Below are positions 34,101 to 45,315 of a DNA stretch of 64,000 nucleotides, in pieces. Every line of letters begins with the position of its first letter. The first letter of the stretch is position 1. Source of the DNA: Diplonema japonicum. Lineage: Eukaryota > Protista > Euglenozoa: Diplonemea. The notes below the pieces were generated by a model. It did no database searches. It was not told where the DNA came from and saw only the letters and a program-made list of their open reading frames with translations. Both the position numbers and the translations under genes were made by a program. The stretch spans positions 372,001 through 436,000 of the forward strand of contig OZ025703.1 in NCBI GenBank assembly GCA_964019335.1. Direction: 5' to 3'.

Positions 34101-37100
34101 ATCGAGGGCGACCGTCAGGGCGAAGAGAACAGCACATTCAGGGAGAGAGCAGTACAGTATCTCGTTGACAAGCCAGCACTGGCGCTCATCTGCTATGCAA
34201 ATGCCTATGGACTCTGGGATATGCTGTGGTCCACACGCCCTGTGGGCATCGACATGCCGTCCCTCCTACATGCAGCACAGCGGAGAGAGTCCAGCACTCA
34301 GCTCTTCGACATTGCTGTACTGGCTGAGGCGCACAGCCTTAACCTACACCCAGCACCTCTTCCGAACCCCCCCGCTACTCTCAACGACCTGTTCAAGCAC
34401 GCACCCACACCTTTGCCTGGTCTCGTTGCCCTTGCGTACTCGAAGAAAACTATCAAGCAGTGTCTTGCAGCCCCGGAGACCTGCAGTTATTTCATCGACG
34501 AGGACACATTAAAGTCATCTTTAAGGGGGTCCAGCACGCTACTGTCAGCGGTGTTCCCCGAGTCGCTTGCGGTGGCAGGAATGAAGAGAGATGAGAGCTG
34601 TGTGTTGAACAGTAGCGACGACGAGATGAGCTTGGACCTTAAGACCACAGAGGGAGATGCCTCGCTAGTAGGTGCATTGATAAAGAGCTACAAATACGCT
34701 TTCAATTTGGAAGACGTAGTTGAGAAGACATGCGTCGAGCTAGCAGACGTGCCTCAGCATGTGCCACCTGAGGAGGCAGACAACGATTTGGAGATGGCAC
34801 AAGACCTTGTCCTTAACAACGTGTCGCCGAGCGGTGACCTGCTGGATATCAGTTACTTCCTAAAACGGTGTCGTCCTGCAGCCGCCGTCGCACATATCAC
34901 GAAGGGGACCCTCACTGTGGATCTTCTTAAGGATGAAATCGACGAGCACGTGGTTTGTGCCGCGGAGATTGCTTTCAAGTGCCATGAAAGCCTGGAAGTC
35001 GTGACCTCCGCCTCGGTCTTTGTGTCCATGTTAGGTGTCGACCCCACCATGCTCATCACTGACGTTCTCGCACTTCGCAGGATATCGAAATACAAAAGCG
35101 CCACAACAGACGAGTCCCTTGTCAGCTACTTTATGACGTTGGCCCCTGACACAGTGCGTCCATCTACTGACTGCGTCGACCCTACTATCAAGCGCGAAGC
35201 TGTGCGTGTCCTCAACCTACTCGAGGCTGCCACTTCTATGATGGCCGCCAAGGGCGAGTATGACACCCACGAAGGTGACTTCGGCACCGCGCTCGCCAAA
35301 GCGGAAGCCTGGCTAGGCAACTCACGCGAGAGGTACACAGCAGGGCTGCCTAAGACATCTCTTTCCGGGTGGTGGCTTGTGAGTGCCTTTTCGGAATCAC
35401 ACTGTCTTGGGAAGTACACTGCTCACTTAGAAACCTTTGTGGCTGCTGGTGACTGGGCGTCACTGCTGTCTGAGGCACAGTCGATGTCCCTTACGACGCA
35501 GGATGTGAAGAAGCTGCTCATCAACGCGACCTCTGGCGAGGCAAGGAACCATCTGCTGCTTGCGCTGAACGATGGCAGCGACAAGGATATTGATGCGAAG
35601 CCTTTCGAAGGAGAAGGCAAGACATCGAAGCTGTTCGAAACCCTGTTGCACGCGTTGTCCTTAAAGGAAGGCGGTGGTGTATGTCTTCTGCGCCACAGTG
35701 TCGAATTCAGCATGCCGCTGCTGGCTGTAACTGCGACGTCCGTAGAGCCGGAGATATCACCCACCACAGCACTTCTTGCGTGGTTGCTGTCCAGCAGGAC
35801 AAGTACAGACGCCGCTGTGCTGGAGTGGGAGTCACGCAGCTCGGATGCTGAAGAGACCGAGCTCACTGCAGAGCTTCAAAAAGTGTGTAAGGGAGACGGC
35901 AGTGTGGCACCGCATCTCGTAGCCAAGGCAGGCCTCAAGATCTTCATGCCCGCCTCGATGCTGGTGCATGTTGTGGAACTTTCACATGCTGTGCACCAGA
36001 GGAGGTGGCATCATGTACCGTCCAGCATCAACCAGATCCTGCGTGGGAAGCAAACGGGGTGGGAGTACCAGGCCTGCATCAGCATTACATGCAACCTTTT
36101 GAGGAACGCCCAAGCACACCACGTAGTGAAGCTGCTGGAGAAGCTTGAAGAGGGTGGCTGGAACCCACTTGCCTATGGTTTTACGTCCTCATCACTGCTT
36201 AGAGACTTGTCTTCTAAGTGTGATGTGAGCGTCTTAGTGAGACTAAGCTCTGAAGAATGCATCATGCAGCTGTGCCAACTGAACCTGTACAGCCACGCAA
36301 GGACGATGAACACCATGGCAGAGGACCCAGCAACGCTTGCAAACCACATCACTGTTTGTGAGGTGCTGTACAACACGGTAAGCGCGTGTATGCATTGCAA
36401 AGGTTTGTTGAGCGATGCAACGGCGCTGCAGAACCTGTTCAAAAGGGCGACCAAGTTGTGCTCTGTGAACAAGCTTCCCGACCACCAATCAGTGTTGCTC
36501 CTCGTGTTGTGCGCAGGTGTTGTTCTAAACTGGTTTCTGCCAAAGCAGCTCCACTCTACTTCTCTCAAGGCTACGATGTTTGCCACGCCTTTGGACTCGT
36601 CCGTCACGGCAGCTCTTGCGTTGTGCGTCAACGTCGTCAAGTCGCGCATCAGCCACCTTGCTTCAGTGGACGTTCTCTCGGCAGCACTTCAGAATGTCAA
36701 GCAGCTAAAGGAACTAGAAATGACGGGCAGCTCCGTGTCGTTGCTGTCAATATGGCGCAAGGACTTGGTGGGCACCTTCTGCCACGTAGGAAGGACACAA
36801 GGAGTCAAAGACGCCCTGAGCTTCATCGTGGGACAGGCTGTGGTTGAGGTTAATTCGTCCGATCTTTGCGAGACAATGAACAGACAGGCAAGGGACGTCT
36901 TTCCCAGAATGGTGACGTGCGATGTTCTTCAAAACTACCAGCTAACACATGCAGCACGGGCAACGCTGAATGCCGCTGTGGTGCAGTGCGGCGCTGCCCT
37001 GCCTGCATGGGTGGGCACCGTCGACAGGAACTCTGCTAACCCTACCGACGAAGAGCTGGTGAACCTCGCGGAGTCGATCGCAAAGAGCGAGACTCCCCTC

Positions 37101-39012
37101 TCGAAGCTCCCCGTGCACATTGTGGGGCATCTCATCAACAAGCTTGGTGCAGACACAGCAAAGATCCTAACGAAAGGGCACAGGAATGCCGATGCTGTGG
37201 TTAAGATCATCAACGGCTTGGGGCAGCTCGTGCAGTCGGTGCGGGCCAAGACTGAGTGCGACCGTTTAAGCGTCCTGGCCAGGATCGCTGCGCACACGAA
37301 TTCCAACGTGGCGTACCTCAACACCATGGCTCCCGCAGACCTTGTCACAACGTGCCTGAAGTGGCCACAAAACCCCGACCCCCAGTGGTCTTGGAACCAG
37401 GATATTGCCACTGCGAAGGAGGTCGTCGATGTCTATGAGTTATCACCGGAGCAGACGGCGGCTGCCATCGCGAAGGCGCTCATGCGGTACTGCTACGCGC
37501 CTACAGTGTACGAGAGCAGCGCCAACAAGAAGCTCACCGTCATGATCAGCGACTACATGGCGTCTGAAAGGCACGAACAGGAACGTTCCGAGGGCGGCAG
37601 GAACCTACGTTCCGTGCTTGTCGAAATCGTACAGAAAGCGTTCAGGTCCTCTGTCCAACCAGAAGGTGACCAGTCGCAGCAGTTCGACAGCTCATCAGCA
37701 CCACAGAAGCTGGAGTACTTGTCAACATCCTTTTCAAGCGTCCCGCAGGCAGCATCGGCGGTGGGTGTGCAGCAGGTTCATCTGATGGACATGGCCACGC
37801 TGTGCGGGATGTCTGGTGAGTCGACCGTTGCGAGGGTCATCCTTGATGACATGAAGGCCATGCGGGTGCAAGTACTGCAAATGGCAGACAAAGCAGGGCT
37901 TCCATCGCATTGGACACGGAGTGTGTTGATGGAGCCCAGCGTGGCTGCCTTGGTGCATGCTTCATGGCTGGGAGAAGTGGACTACGACGAGGACTTCATC
38001 GTGTCGTTGAAGCGGGAGCTATCGGCGACTGTGAAGGAATGCGTGCAGCTGAGCGAAATGCGCAGCGCGGCACCGCTGCTGATGTGTCTTGTGGACGAAG
38101 TGTTCATCGAAGAATTGCTGCCGATGCTGCTGCAGCGTGACTCAGCAGATGCTCTCCTGGCCGTCTTCCAAGACGTCCCAAGACAATGGGGCGAGGCACA
38201 GTGCATGCTGTACGCACACCTCCAGTCACGAGCGACCCAGAATGTAGCGAGCAGAGACGTATTGCAAGCACTGCACTCCAAGCTAGACATGCAGATGGAG
38301 CTTGCAGAGCTATTGGAGTCACAGGCGAACATGAAGATGCAATCAGCGTGTGAGACGTACCATGGCACACCAAGGAGGTCGCACGGGGCGGCGAAGAAGG
38401 AGAAGCAACACAAGAAGAGCAAGAGTAAGAGTAGTAAAAGAGGCGTGCAGGAAGGGCATGCCGATGCGCTGAGAACGCAGAACATGTACCTGGCGAAGGC
38501 ACGGGTGCTGATGAAGGAGGCGGCGAATGCGTACTTGCGATCGAAGAGCTGCACATCAGCAAGGAGGTGCCTCAACCTGGTAGACCTCATCGAGCTGCAA
38601 GAACGGTACGTGCTGAGCGACTTGAGGGTATGGACATAGACAACAAAGTCATGGCATGACGTTACATAAAACACAGGTTATCGGTATTGGGGAAACATCC
38701 GCAAGGGCGGTGCTTGCAGACATCCCGTCTTTCAAAGATGCTAAAGTGGTCGCAGACACCTACGGCTTCCACAAGACAGCAGAATGGCACTATGCCGTGT
38801 TTAACCAGGTGATACAGTATGGTGGCCGTGTCTATTGGGAGGATTATTTCGCGAACATGCCTTACTCTGCTGACCTGTTCAAGGAGCTCGTGCAGATGTA
38901 CAAGAATCAAAAGCACGGGAAGCGCGAGGGTGAAATGTACAAGTTCGTCCTCCACGATTGCAAGGACAAGATCTTTGCCGAGGAGTCCCTGAAGAAAACA
39001 AAGCCGGAGTGA
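31173..39012 (+). CDS. SPG11: spatacsin-like protein, 2 exons
   Basis: ~2600 aa; exons 31173-38627 and 38677-39012. WWLVSAFSESHCL...GDWASLL, LMKEAANAY...ARRC..LVDLIELQ and FKDAKVVADTY...W..AVFNQVI..G...YWEDY match spatacsin C-terminal motifs. Confidence 0.85.
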
Positions 39013-39301
39013 GTAGAAAAAAAATAGGGGGGGGAACAACAACGACAAACAACGGGAAAGAAAATTCGATTTTCCATTTTTTGTGAATTTTTTTTTTTGC
39101 CTTCTCCCCTTTCCCTGGTTGCCCATCCCCCCACGTCTGGACGTCAAAATTCGTGTGTTGCTCTTTTTTTTTTTTTTTTTGTTTTTTTTTTTAAGAAGCC
39201 GTCTTTCCAACTCCGTTACATTTTTATTTCTTTACCCCCCTTTTTTTTGCTCCATTCAAAAAAAAGAATAGAAGGCATCAAAAAAAAAAAGAAGAAAAAA
39301 A

Positions 39302-40039
39302 ATGAAGTGGGCTGAGAAAACCCAGAACCACTGGATCCCCGACCAGGAGTCCGTTGAGGTGAAGGAGATGGCGAAGACCCTTTGGTGGTACGCCCCGGAG
39401 TTCTCGCCCAAGGACGTCCCGAAGTTCTACGACGTGTCGGGGATCACGGAGAACCCTGTAGCCTTCAAGAACATGATAGATCTGTTCGTCGAGAGGTACA
39501 GGAGCGCACCGGAAGGGAAGGGCCCGACACACATCCTGGGGTACGACGCAAGAGGGTTCATCATGGGACCGCCGATCGCATTGGCGTTGGGGATTCCATT
39601 TGTTTTGCTGAGGAAGGACGGGAAGAACCCCGGAGTCCTCGTCCACTCCACTGGCTACAGGAAGGAATACGAGGAAGCAGTACCTGAGTCCCTGTGTATC
39701 AGGCTCGGGTCCATTGACGAGAACAGCAGAGTGGTTCTAATCGATGACCTTATCGCCACTGGTGGTACCGCCATTGCCGGTTTCGAACTTGTTGAAGCCA
39801 TCGGTGCTTCTGTCTATGAGTTTGCTGCCATGATCCAGCTCCCCTTCCTCGACGGGGTGCAGAAGATCCGTGAGTTCCATGATGGTAAGTTCAAGGATGT
39901 GTCCATCTGCACTCTTGTGGACGATACCACGATCCCCGACTCTGCCTGCGGTGACCCGAAGGACTGGAAGGAGAAGTCCAGAAACGTGGACCCCACCTCC
40001 GCAAAGGAGATCAGAGCAAAGTACGACTTCCCGCGTTAG
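39302..40039 (+). CDS. APRT: adenine phosphoribosyltransferase
   Basis: FYDVS, THILGYDARGF, FVLLRK, PRPP-binding VVLIDDLIATGGT. Confidence 0.95.
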   Translation: MKWAEKTQNHWIPDQESVEVKEMAKTLWWYAPEFSPKDVPKFYDVSGITENPVAFKNMIDLFVERYRSAPEGKGPTHILGYDARGFIMGPPIALALGIPFVLLRKDGKNPGVLVHSTGYRKEYEEAVPESLCIRLGSIDENSRVVLIDDLIATGGTAIAGFELVEAIGASVYEFAAMIQLPFLDGVQKIREFHDGKFKDVSICTLVDDTTIPDSACGDPKDWKEKSRNVDPTSAKEIRAKYDFPR

Positions 40040-40763
40040 AAAGAGATGGAGGGCAAAAAAAAAAAAAAATGCAGTGTTTTCTCCTTTTCATCCCCATTTT
40101 AGTATATTAGTGTGTTTCGTTTTGTCCCCCTTTGTGAAGGAACATTCTTTTATCGCTTTATAATCCGCTTCAGGCGTCTCCTTTTCATCAGCCACCATGG
40201 AGCCTGCACAGCCAGGTGCGCACGGGGCCGCCCTTTCCCTCCTTTGGAGGGCGGCCTCGATGCAGTGCATCTTCCTTCTTCGTCCCTGCAGCCTGCCTCA
40301 ACTTCCTGACTCCCGCGGCTAGCCAGGGCGTTCTCTTTTGCTTCCTCCCCTGCGGGGTGCGTTCCGACTTTCGGCTGGGCCCCACCGCACTCGTAGTCGA
40401 CCAGAGCAAGGGTTACTCTATTTTGGGTTTTAGAGGTCGGAATGGGTTCAGATCGCCAAAATAGGGATTTTTGGAAAAAAAAGATTGGAATTTTTGCCCG
40501 AAATATGGGTTTTGACCGGTTAACCCTGGATTACCTGTTTTTTTTTTAGAACAAGTATACAAATTTTTGAAAAGAATTGTCGACCTGGGCTCGAGGGGGT
40601 GGCTCTGCCCCCGTTGCCTGTGGGCGGTACAGAAGGAGGGCTTGCACAAACAATCAGCCGACTCTTTTTTCCACACACTTAAAAGGAGAGGGAAGGGGGG
40701 TGGGTGAGGTGGGGGAGGGGGGTGGGCACAAAAAAGAGAAAAAAAAAAGGGAAAAACCATAAA

Positions 40764-41663
40764 ATGGACACCCTTCAACAGCGCATCATCAACATGTACA
40801 GCTACTACAACCCATCTAAACTACCTGTGGTTGGTGATATGCTCCGGGACGCGAGAGGCCAGGAAGAAGAGCTCCTCACCGCCCTCATGCAGATGTATGG
40901 CCAAGAACCAAGGGGGAGTTTCATAGGGCTGGGGTACCGAGAGAGGCTAGGAAGATTTTACACGAAATACAACAGAACCAAGCTGGGAGAGGTGGACACA
41001 CTTCTGTACACATATAGGGGGCGGGAGGAAGAACTGTTTTCAGCTCTTGTGCAAAAGTACGGCCCTGAACCGTCACCTGTTCCTGTGGACCCTCGAGACA
41101 ACAGGCTGTTAAACGACAATCTTAGAGTACTCAGAGTGAAGCAAATCTACAGCTTGAAGAATATCACGAACATAGCGAGATTCCTGTTGAGGAAGTCGTA
41201 CTTTTTGAAATGGGTTCAATATTTGCAGATTCCGAGGCATATGAGGCGTGCTGCCGTGTCGTTCCAAACCTACTCTTCAGAGATGGCCCCGTATCACAGT
41301 GCCATGCCTGCCAGGGCTTCAGAAACATCTCATGCGTCAGGGGGTGTGGTTGTTGTGCATCACCACCACCATCATGGGAAGAAGACGCGGCGCAGTGCGG
41401 TATCGCCTCCCAGGGTACATCTTCACGCATCGCCAGACTACGGGTATGTGGATCCGTGGGAGTGGTCGCACGACAGGGATCCCCGTTTGTTAAAATCGAA
41501 GCCCAGACGCAAGCCCTCGAAGAAGAAGAAACACCGCAGACGGTCACCCTCCACAGACAGCAACCCGTCCCCACGAAGGATGCTCAAACGCTCGGAGAAG
41601 GAGGACCTCGTAGCCGAGGTGTTGAAACGGCTCCATGAATCGGGCCGCACGCCGTATTACTAA
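40764..41663 (+). CDS. unknown protein with two tandem YN..KL..V..L....G.EEEL..AL...YG.EP repeats and a basic Ser/Arg tail
   Basis: ATG at 40764; internal ~50-aa duplication visible; the 3' end may be spliced. Confidence 0.75.
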   Translation: MDTLQQRIINMYSYYNPSKLPVVGDMLRDARGQEEELLTALMQMYGQEPRGSFIGLGYRERLGRFYTKYNRTKLGEVDTLLYTYRGREEELFSALVQKYGPEPSPVPVDPRDNRLLNDNLRVLRVKQIYSLKNITNIARFLLRKSYFLKWVQYLQIPRHMRRAAVSFQTYSSEMAPYHSAMPARASETSHASGGVVVVHHHHHHGKKTRRSAVSPPRVHLHASPDYGYVDPWEWSHDRDPRLLKSKPRRKPSKKKKHRRRSPSTDSNPSPRRMLKRSEKEDLVAEVLKRLHESGRTPYY

Positions 41664-42145
41664 ACAAAACGGCAAAAAAAAAAAAAGAAAATTGTTACAA
41701 AAATATTTAAAGGTGGAGAAGGACACCCCTCGGAGGTGTCGGCGGTGGAACTGGCCATTGATTTCGAATGGACGACCGGAAAGTCTTTGGGAGGCCTGCT
41801 GGAAGATAGGGCGCGCAGAATCAAAGCTCTCATCGTAAAGATAAACACAGCATGCAGGGCACGGAAGAAGCGACGCCCCTTCCCAGCGGACGAGAGAAAA
41901 AGAGTGAAGTCTCGCCATTGGAGGAAAGGCAGCTATTGGTTTCTCCAGGAGGCCTATTTTCGCCACCCGCTCCACGCACGACAAGCTAATGGAGTTGAAA
42001 GCCGACTACAAGCGGGACCGCATCACACGACTCCGCAAGACGCTCACGGCCTCAATCGGGATGAAAGCAATGCTCCAGAAGGGGAGTATTAACAGAATGA
42101 CCCCCCTCCCATAGGGCGGGGGCTTGTCCTGTACTTTGAGTTTAA

Positions 42146-42293
42146 ATCTTTTCAAAAGAAAAAATGATTTTTATATAACTGTATGCAACTTTTTGCCGAG
42201 CAAAAAAAAAAAAACTTTCGCAGCTTTTTAAAAACTTTTTTTTTTTGCTCGTGCGAACAACAAAGACATAATAGTCATAAAGAAAATTATCTT
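42146..42293 (+). repeat. dispersed ~130-150-bp repeat, copy 1
   Basis: Near-identical to the reverse complement of 55804-55932 (CTTTCGCAGCTTTTTAAAAAC, GCTCGTGCGAACAACAAAGACA, AGTCATAAAGAA). Confidence 0.88.
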
Positions 42294-42422
42294 CCCCCCC
42301 CCTTTTTTTTTCGTTCTTTCCTGTACTGTACTTGTTTACTATTTTCTTTTTTTTTTGTTCCTCCCCCCCTCCCCCCGAAATACAATTTTCTAGGGAAAAG
42401 AAAAAAAAAAGAAGAAAAAGAA

Positions 42423-43457
42423 ATGGACCTGAACGACATAATAAGCGGCCCCATGAGGGTCCCGTTGGCAGTGCTTGCCGGGGTGGTAGCGGCCCTGCCG
42501 GTGTTGGGTGGTAGGAAGACGTTGGTGGCCACGGGTCTAGGGTATGCCGCGCTGTTGATGTGGCTTGTGTATGTTGGCGTTGATGCCGGGAGGGCGTTCT
42601 TCATCCGACTCGATCCGAGCCTTGCCGCAGGGCACGAGGAACGCGATTATGCAGAAAAGTGCGCCTCCTCAACTGAGAACATCCTAGACAGCCTCGACGT
42701 CTTCATACTCGCACACTCCTTGGGCTACTGGGCCAAAATGCTTATCCTAAGGGACATCCGAACTGTCCTAATGGTGTCCTTGATATTCGAGCACTTGGAG
42801 GTTACATTTCAGCACGTTTTGCCCAATTTCCTGGAGTGCTGGTGGGACCACATGCTTCTTGACATTGCCATATGCAATGCATTGGGTATGCTGGTTGGTT
42901 GGCTTACGCTTAAAGCCTGTGGAATGCAGATGTATGACTGGTGGGCAGGATCGCTTTCTTCGGAATCCCCAAAGAGGTTCCTCCAGGCGTCTCTTGGGTT
43001 GGGGATTATGCTGGTCTCTGAGCTTTGTCTTTTCTTTTTGAAGTTTGCGATGCAGCACCCTCCATCGCATCACTTTGTGTTGATGCGTATGGCCTTCTGG
43101 GCATGTGCATCATACACTTGTTACACTGAGTACTATAGGTACGTTGTGGAGGCTGGTCGAGGTTTTCCTGGTATTGTGGTTTTCTGTATGTTGTTGTGTT
43201 TTGCTGAGTCCTGTCTTGTCTTTGCTTTTGTCGACATCAGGGTGCCCCCCGCCATCATCACCACACCTTGGGTTGTGTTTGCTGTGTTGCTTGTGGTTTT
43301 TGTTATCACGCACTACATGCTGCCGCTCCGCCCCGTCTCCCTGCTGTTCCTTGTTGCCGGGGTCGCCGCTCTCAGCTTTTCCTTCGTCGCAGGCCTCCCA
43401 GATGTCGACCTCTTCGGGAAAGACCATCTGGAGCAATTGCTTAGATTTTACGAATAG
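42423..43457 (+). CDS. PTDSS: phosphatidylserine synthase (base-exchange type)
   Basis: DVFILAHSLGYWAKMLILRD, FEHLE..FQHVLPNFLECWWDH..LD..ICNALG; multi-TM; ATG at 42423. Confidence 0.92.
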   Translation: MDLNDIISGPMRVPLAVLAGVVAALPVLGGRKTLVATGLGYAALLMWLVYVGVDAGRAFFIRLDPSLAAGHEERDYAEKCASSTENILDSLDVFILAHSLGYWAKMLILRDIRTVLMVSLIFEHLEVTFQHVLPNFLECWWDHMLLDIAICNALGMLVGWLTLKACGMQMYDWWAGSLSSESPKRFLQASLGLGIMLVSELCLFFLKFAMQHPPSHHFVLMRMAFWACASYTCYTEYYRYVVEAGRGFPGIVVFCMLLCFAESCLVFAFVDIRVPPAIITTPWVVFAVLLVVFVITHYMLPLRPVSLLFLVAGVAALSFSFVAGLPDVDLFGKDHLEQLLRFYE

Positions 43458-43538
43458 TGTAATTTTTTAGCCCAGATGCCGTCCATCTCATCGCGACAAA
43501 CACGCCACCGCAGGCACCAGACAGCAACCGCAGAACGG

Positions 43539-43602
43539 TGACCGATTAGTGTGAATTTCTCCCTGAACGGTGAGCACCCACCCGCACACCGAAATTTATC
43601 AA
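43539..43602 (+). repeat. dispersed ~63-bp repeat (also 54588-54650; degenerate at 55537-55601)
   Basis: TGACCGATTAGTGTGAATTTC....TGAACGGTGAGCACC..CCC.CACACCGAAATTTATCAA. Confidence 0.85.
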
Positions 43603-43894
43603 ATCTTTTTTTTCTCCACTTTTACTTCTACGGGACCACAGGGGACTTGGGAGGCTTCGGGGCGAAGTTTCACAAGGGTGGCCGCTGTGTCACATACTGC
43701 ATGGCACCACTAAAATCGAGACAACTTTTTTTTTCTCTTTTTCTTTCTTCGATACAGTGCGAGTCGGAATGCCTGTGATCGTCCCCTCCCCCCCCCCCCC
43801 CCCCCCGTGTTTTTTCTTTCTCTTTTCGTAGGTTGGCGACGATGTTGAAACCAAAAAAAAAAAAAAAAAAGATCCACGTAAAAAAAAAAAAAAA

Positions 43895-44752
43895 ATGGGA
43901 GGCGGCATCTCGACCATCGTCGACCTTGCGGTCCTGACACACAGCATCACAGTGCAGGTGAACCTCTATGACGGCTACGGTGGGTGGTACACCCCCATAC
44001 ACTGTGCAGCCTTCCCTGCACCGTCTCCGGAAGAGACCTTTGACTGGGACTCAGTGACGACAGTGACAAAGGTCCCGACGAGCACGGGAGCGGGGGACTA
44101 CGTAATGCCCGACATCACCTTCGACAAGGACGGCACCCCCATCCAGCCGGAGACGGAGTACGTCATCAAATGCGGGATCGAGCCGACCGTAGATGGTCCC
44201 AAGTACTTCTCCACAACCCTGAAGACAGTAGCCCTCTCCACCTGCACGACTGGTGTGAAGCTCAACGGCAACGACATTGCGCAGATCGACATGCAAGGGC
44301 AGGAGTCCCTCATGCTAGGGGGTACAAGGTGGTTCGGGTTCCCGAAATCAATGGAAGGGATGCATGCGTACTCCCTTCCCCGTCCTGTCCCGGCATCCTC
44401 TGTCATCGAGATGACCTGCTGTCCTGGTGAGGAGTGTGCCTTCTTCTTTGCTCTCTATAACTGTGAAGCATGCACGGGCCTGAAGCCAGCTGGCCTTGCG
44501 CAGACACTAATCCTCGACGGGTGGGACACAGGAGCATGCTCACCGAAGTTCGACGATAACTTCAAGACCACCGCATTCCACAAGAGTGTGGATGCTGTGC
44601 ACGCGAAGGTTGTGATGGCGTACACCGTCCCACATGACGAGATCACAGTCATGTTCGGGATCGAGGGGAGCATCCAGCAGCCGTGGTGTGCGAGGCCGCA
44701 TGGCCCTGTGGCAGCCGGTGGTGGTTGTGGTGCGCACTGCCCCAAGCTCTGA
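43895..44752 (+). CDS. Cys-rich protein of unknown function
   Basis: 285-aa ORF with strong codon bias and several Cys pairs; 5' end uncertain. Confidence 0.75.
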   Translation: MGGGISTIVDLAVLTHSITVQVNLYDGYGGWYTPIHCAAFPAPSPEETFDWDSVTTVTKVPTSTGAGDYVMPDITFDKDGTPIQPETEYVIKCGIEPTVDGPKYFSTTLKTVALSTCTTGVKLNGNDIAQIDMQGQESLMLGGTRWFGFPKSMEGMHAYSLPRPVPASSVIEMTCCPGEECAFFFALYNCEACTGLKPAGLAQTLILDGWDTGACSPKFDDNFKTTAFHKSVDAVHAKVVMAYTVPHDEITVMFGIEGSIQQPWCARPHGPVAAGGGCGAHCPKL

Positions 44753-44866
44753 AGCAAAATCAAACAAAAAAAAAAAATTAACGAACGAATGTAAAAAAAA
44801 AAAAAGAAAAAAAACACGTAGTTGTTTCCTCTCTTTTCTCAAGCTTTTTTTTTTTACCCCCTTCCT

Positions 44867-45087
44867 GATGTGTTGTTGCTGATACAGCGCGTTGTGATGA
44901 AATTCACCATTTCCCTCCCTCTTCTACTCTGTTCTGCCCTTTTTTTAAGCGATGGCGGTGTGCGCTGACTGGTGTTGATGCCTGGGAAGCGGGTGGCCGC
45001 TCGTTCAGCTTAACACACTTAGACCATCGCCAGGACAGGGTCTCTCTGCTCTAATGTGTGCCTGCATCGGAAGGCGTGTGCAAGAGA
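44867..45087 (+). ncRNA. candidate structured RNA / 3'UTR element
   Basis: Nested complementary segments form a long stem ending in a three-way junction, plus flanking hairpins with many G-U pairs; no known family recognised. Confidence 0.4.
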
Positions 45088-45315
45088 AAAAAAAAAAATA
45101 GCCAATCAAATGTTCTACTGCTCTTATATTATATGGTTTACTTATTGCACGGCTGTCCTTATACAGGATTGATTTTTTCTATATTTTCCAGTCCCCCCCC
45201 CCCCCCCCGCCGGCTTCGTGCACTATGCGTGCATTATGGCAGATCTTTTTTTTTTTCCCCTTTTTTAAACCTTTCTCAAAATTTAAAAAAGAGGGGGGGG
45301 AACGGTGGGCGAAAA

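Noticed and set aside
44894-44968. Box C/D snoRNA (GTGATGA...CTGA) with partial complementarity to the SSU rRNA ACACCGCC region
   Set aside because: Only ~9 nt of perfect guide, with mismatches next to box D, and the same bases pair in the larger hairpin; kept only as part of the structured-RNA candidate.
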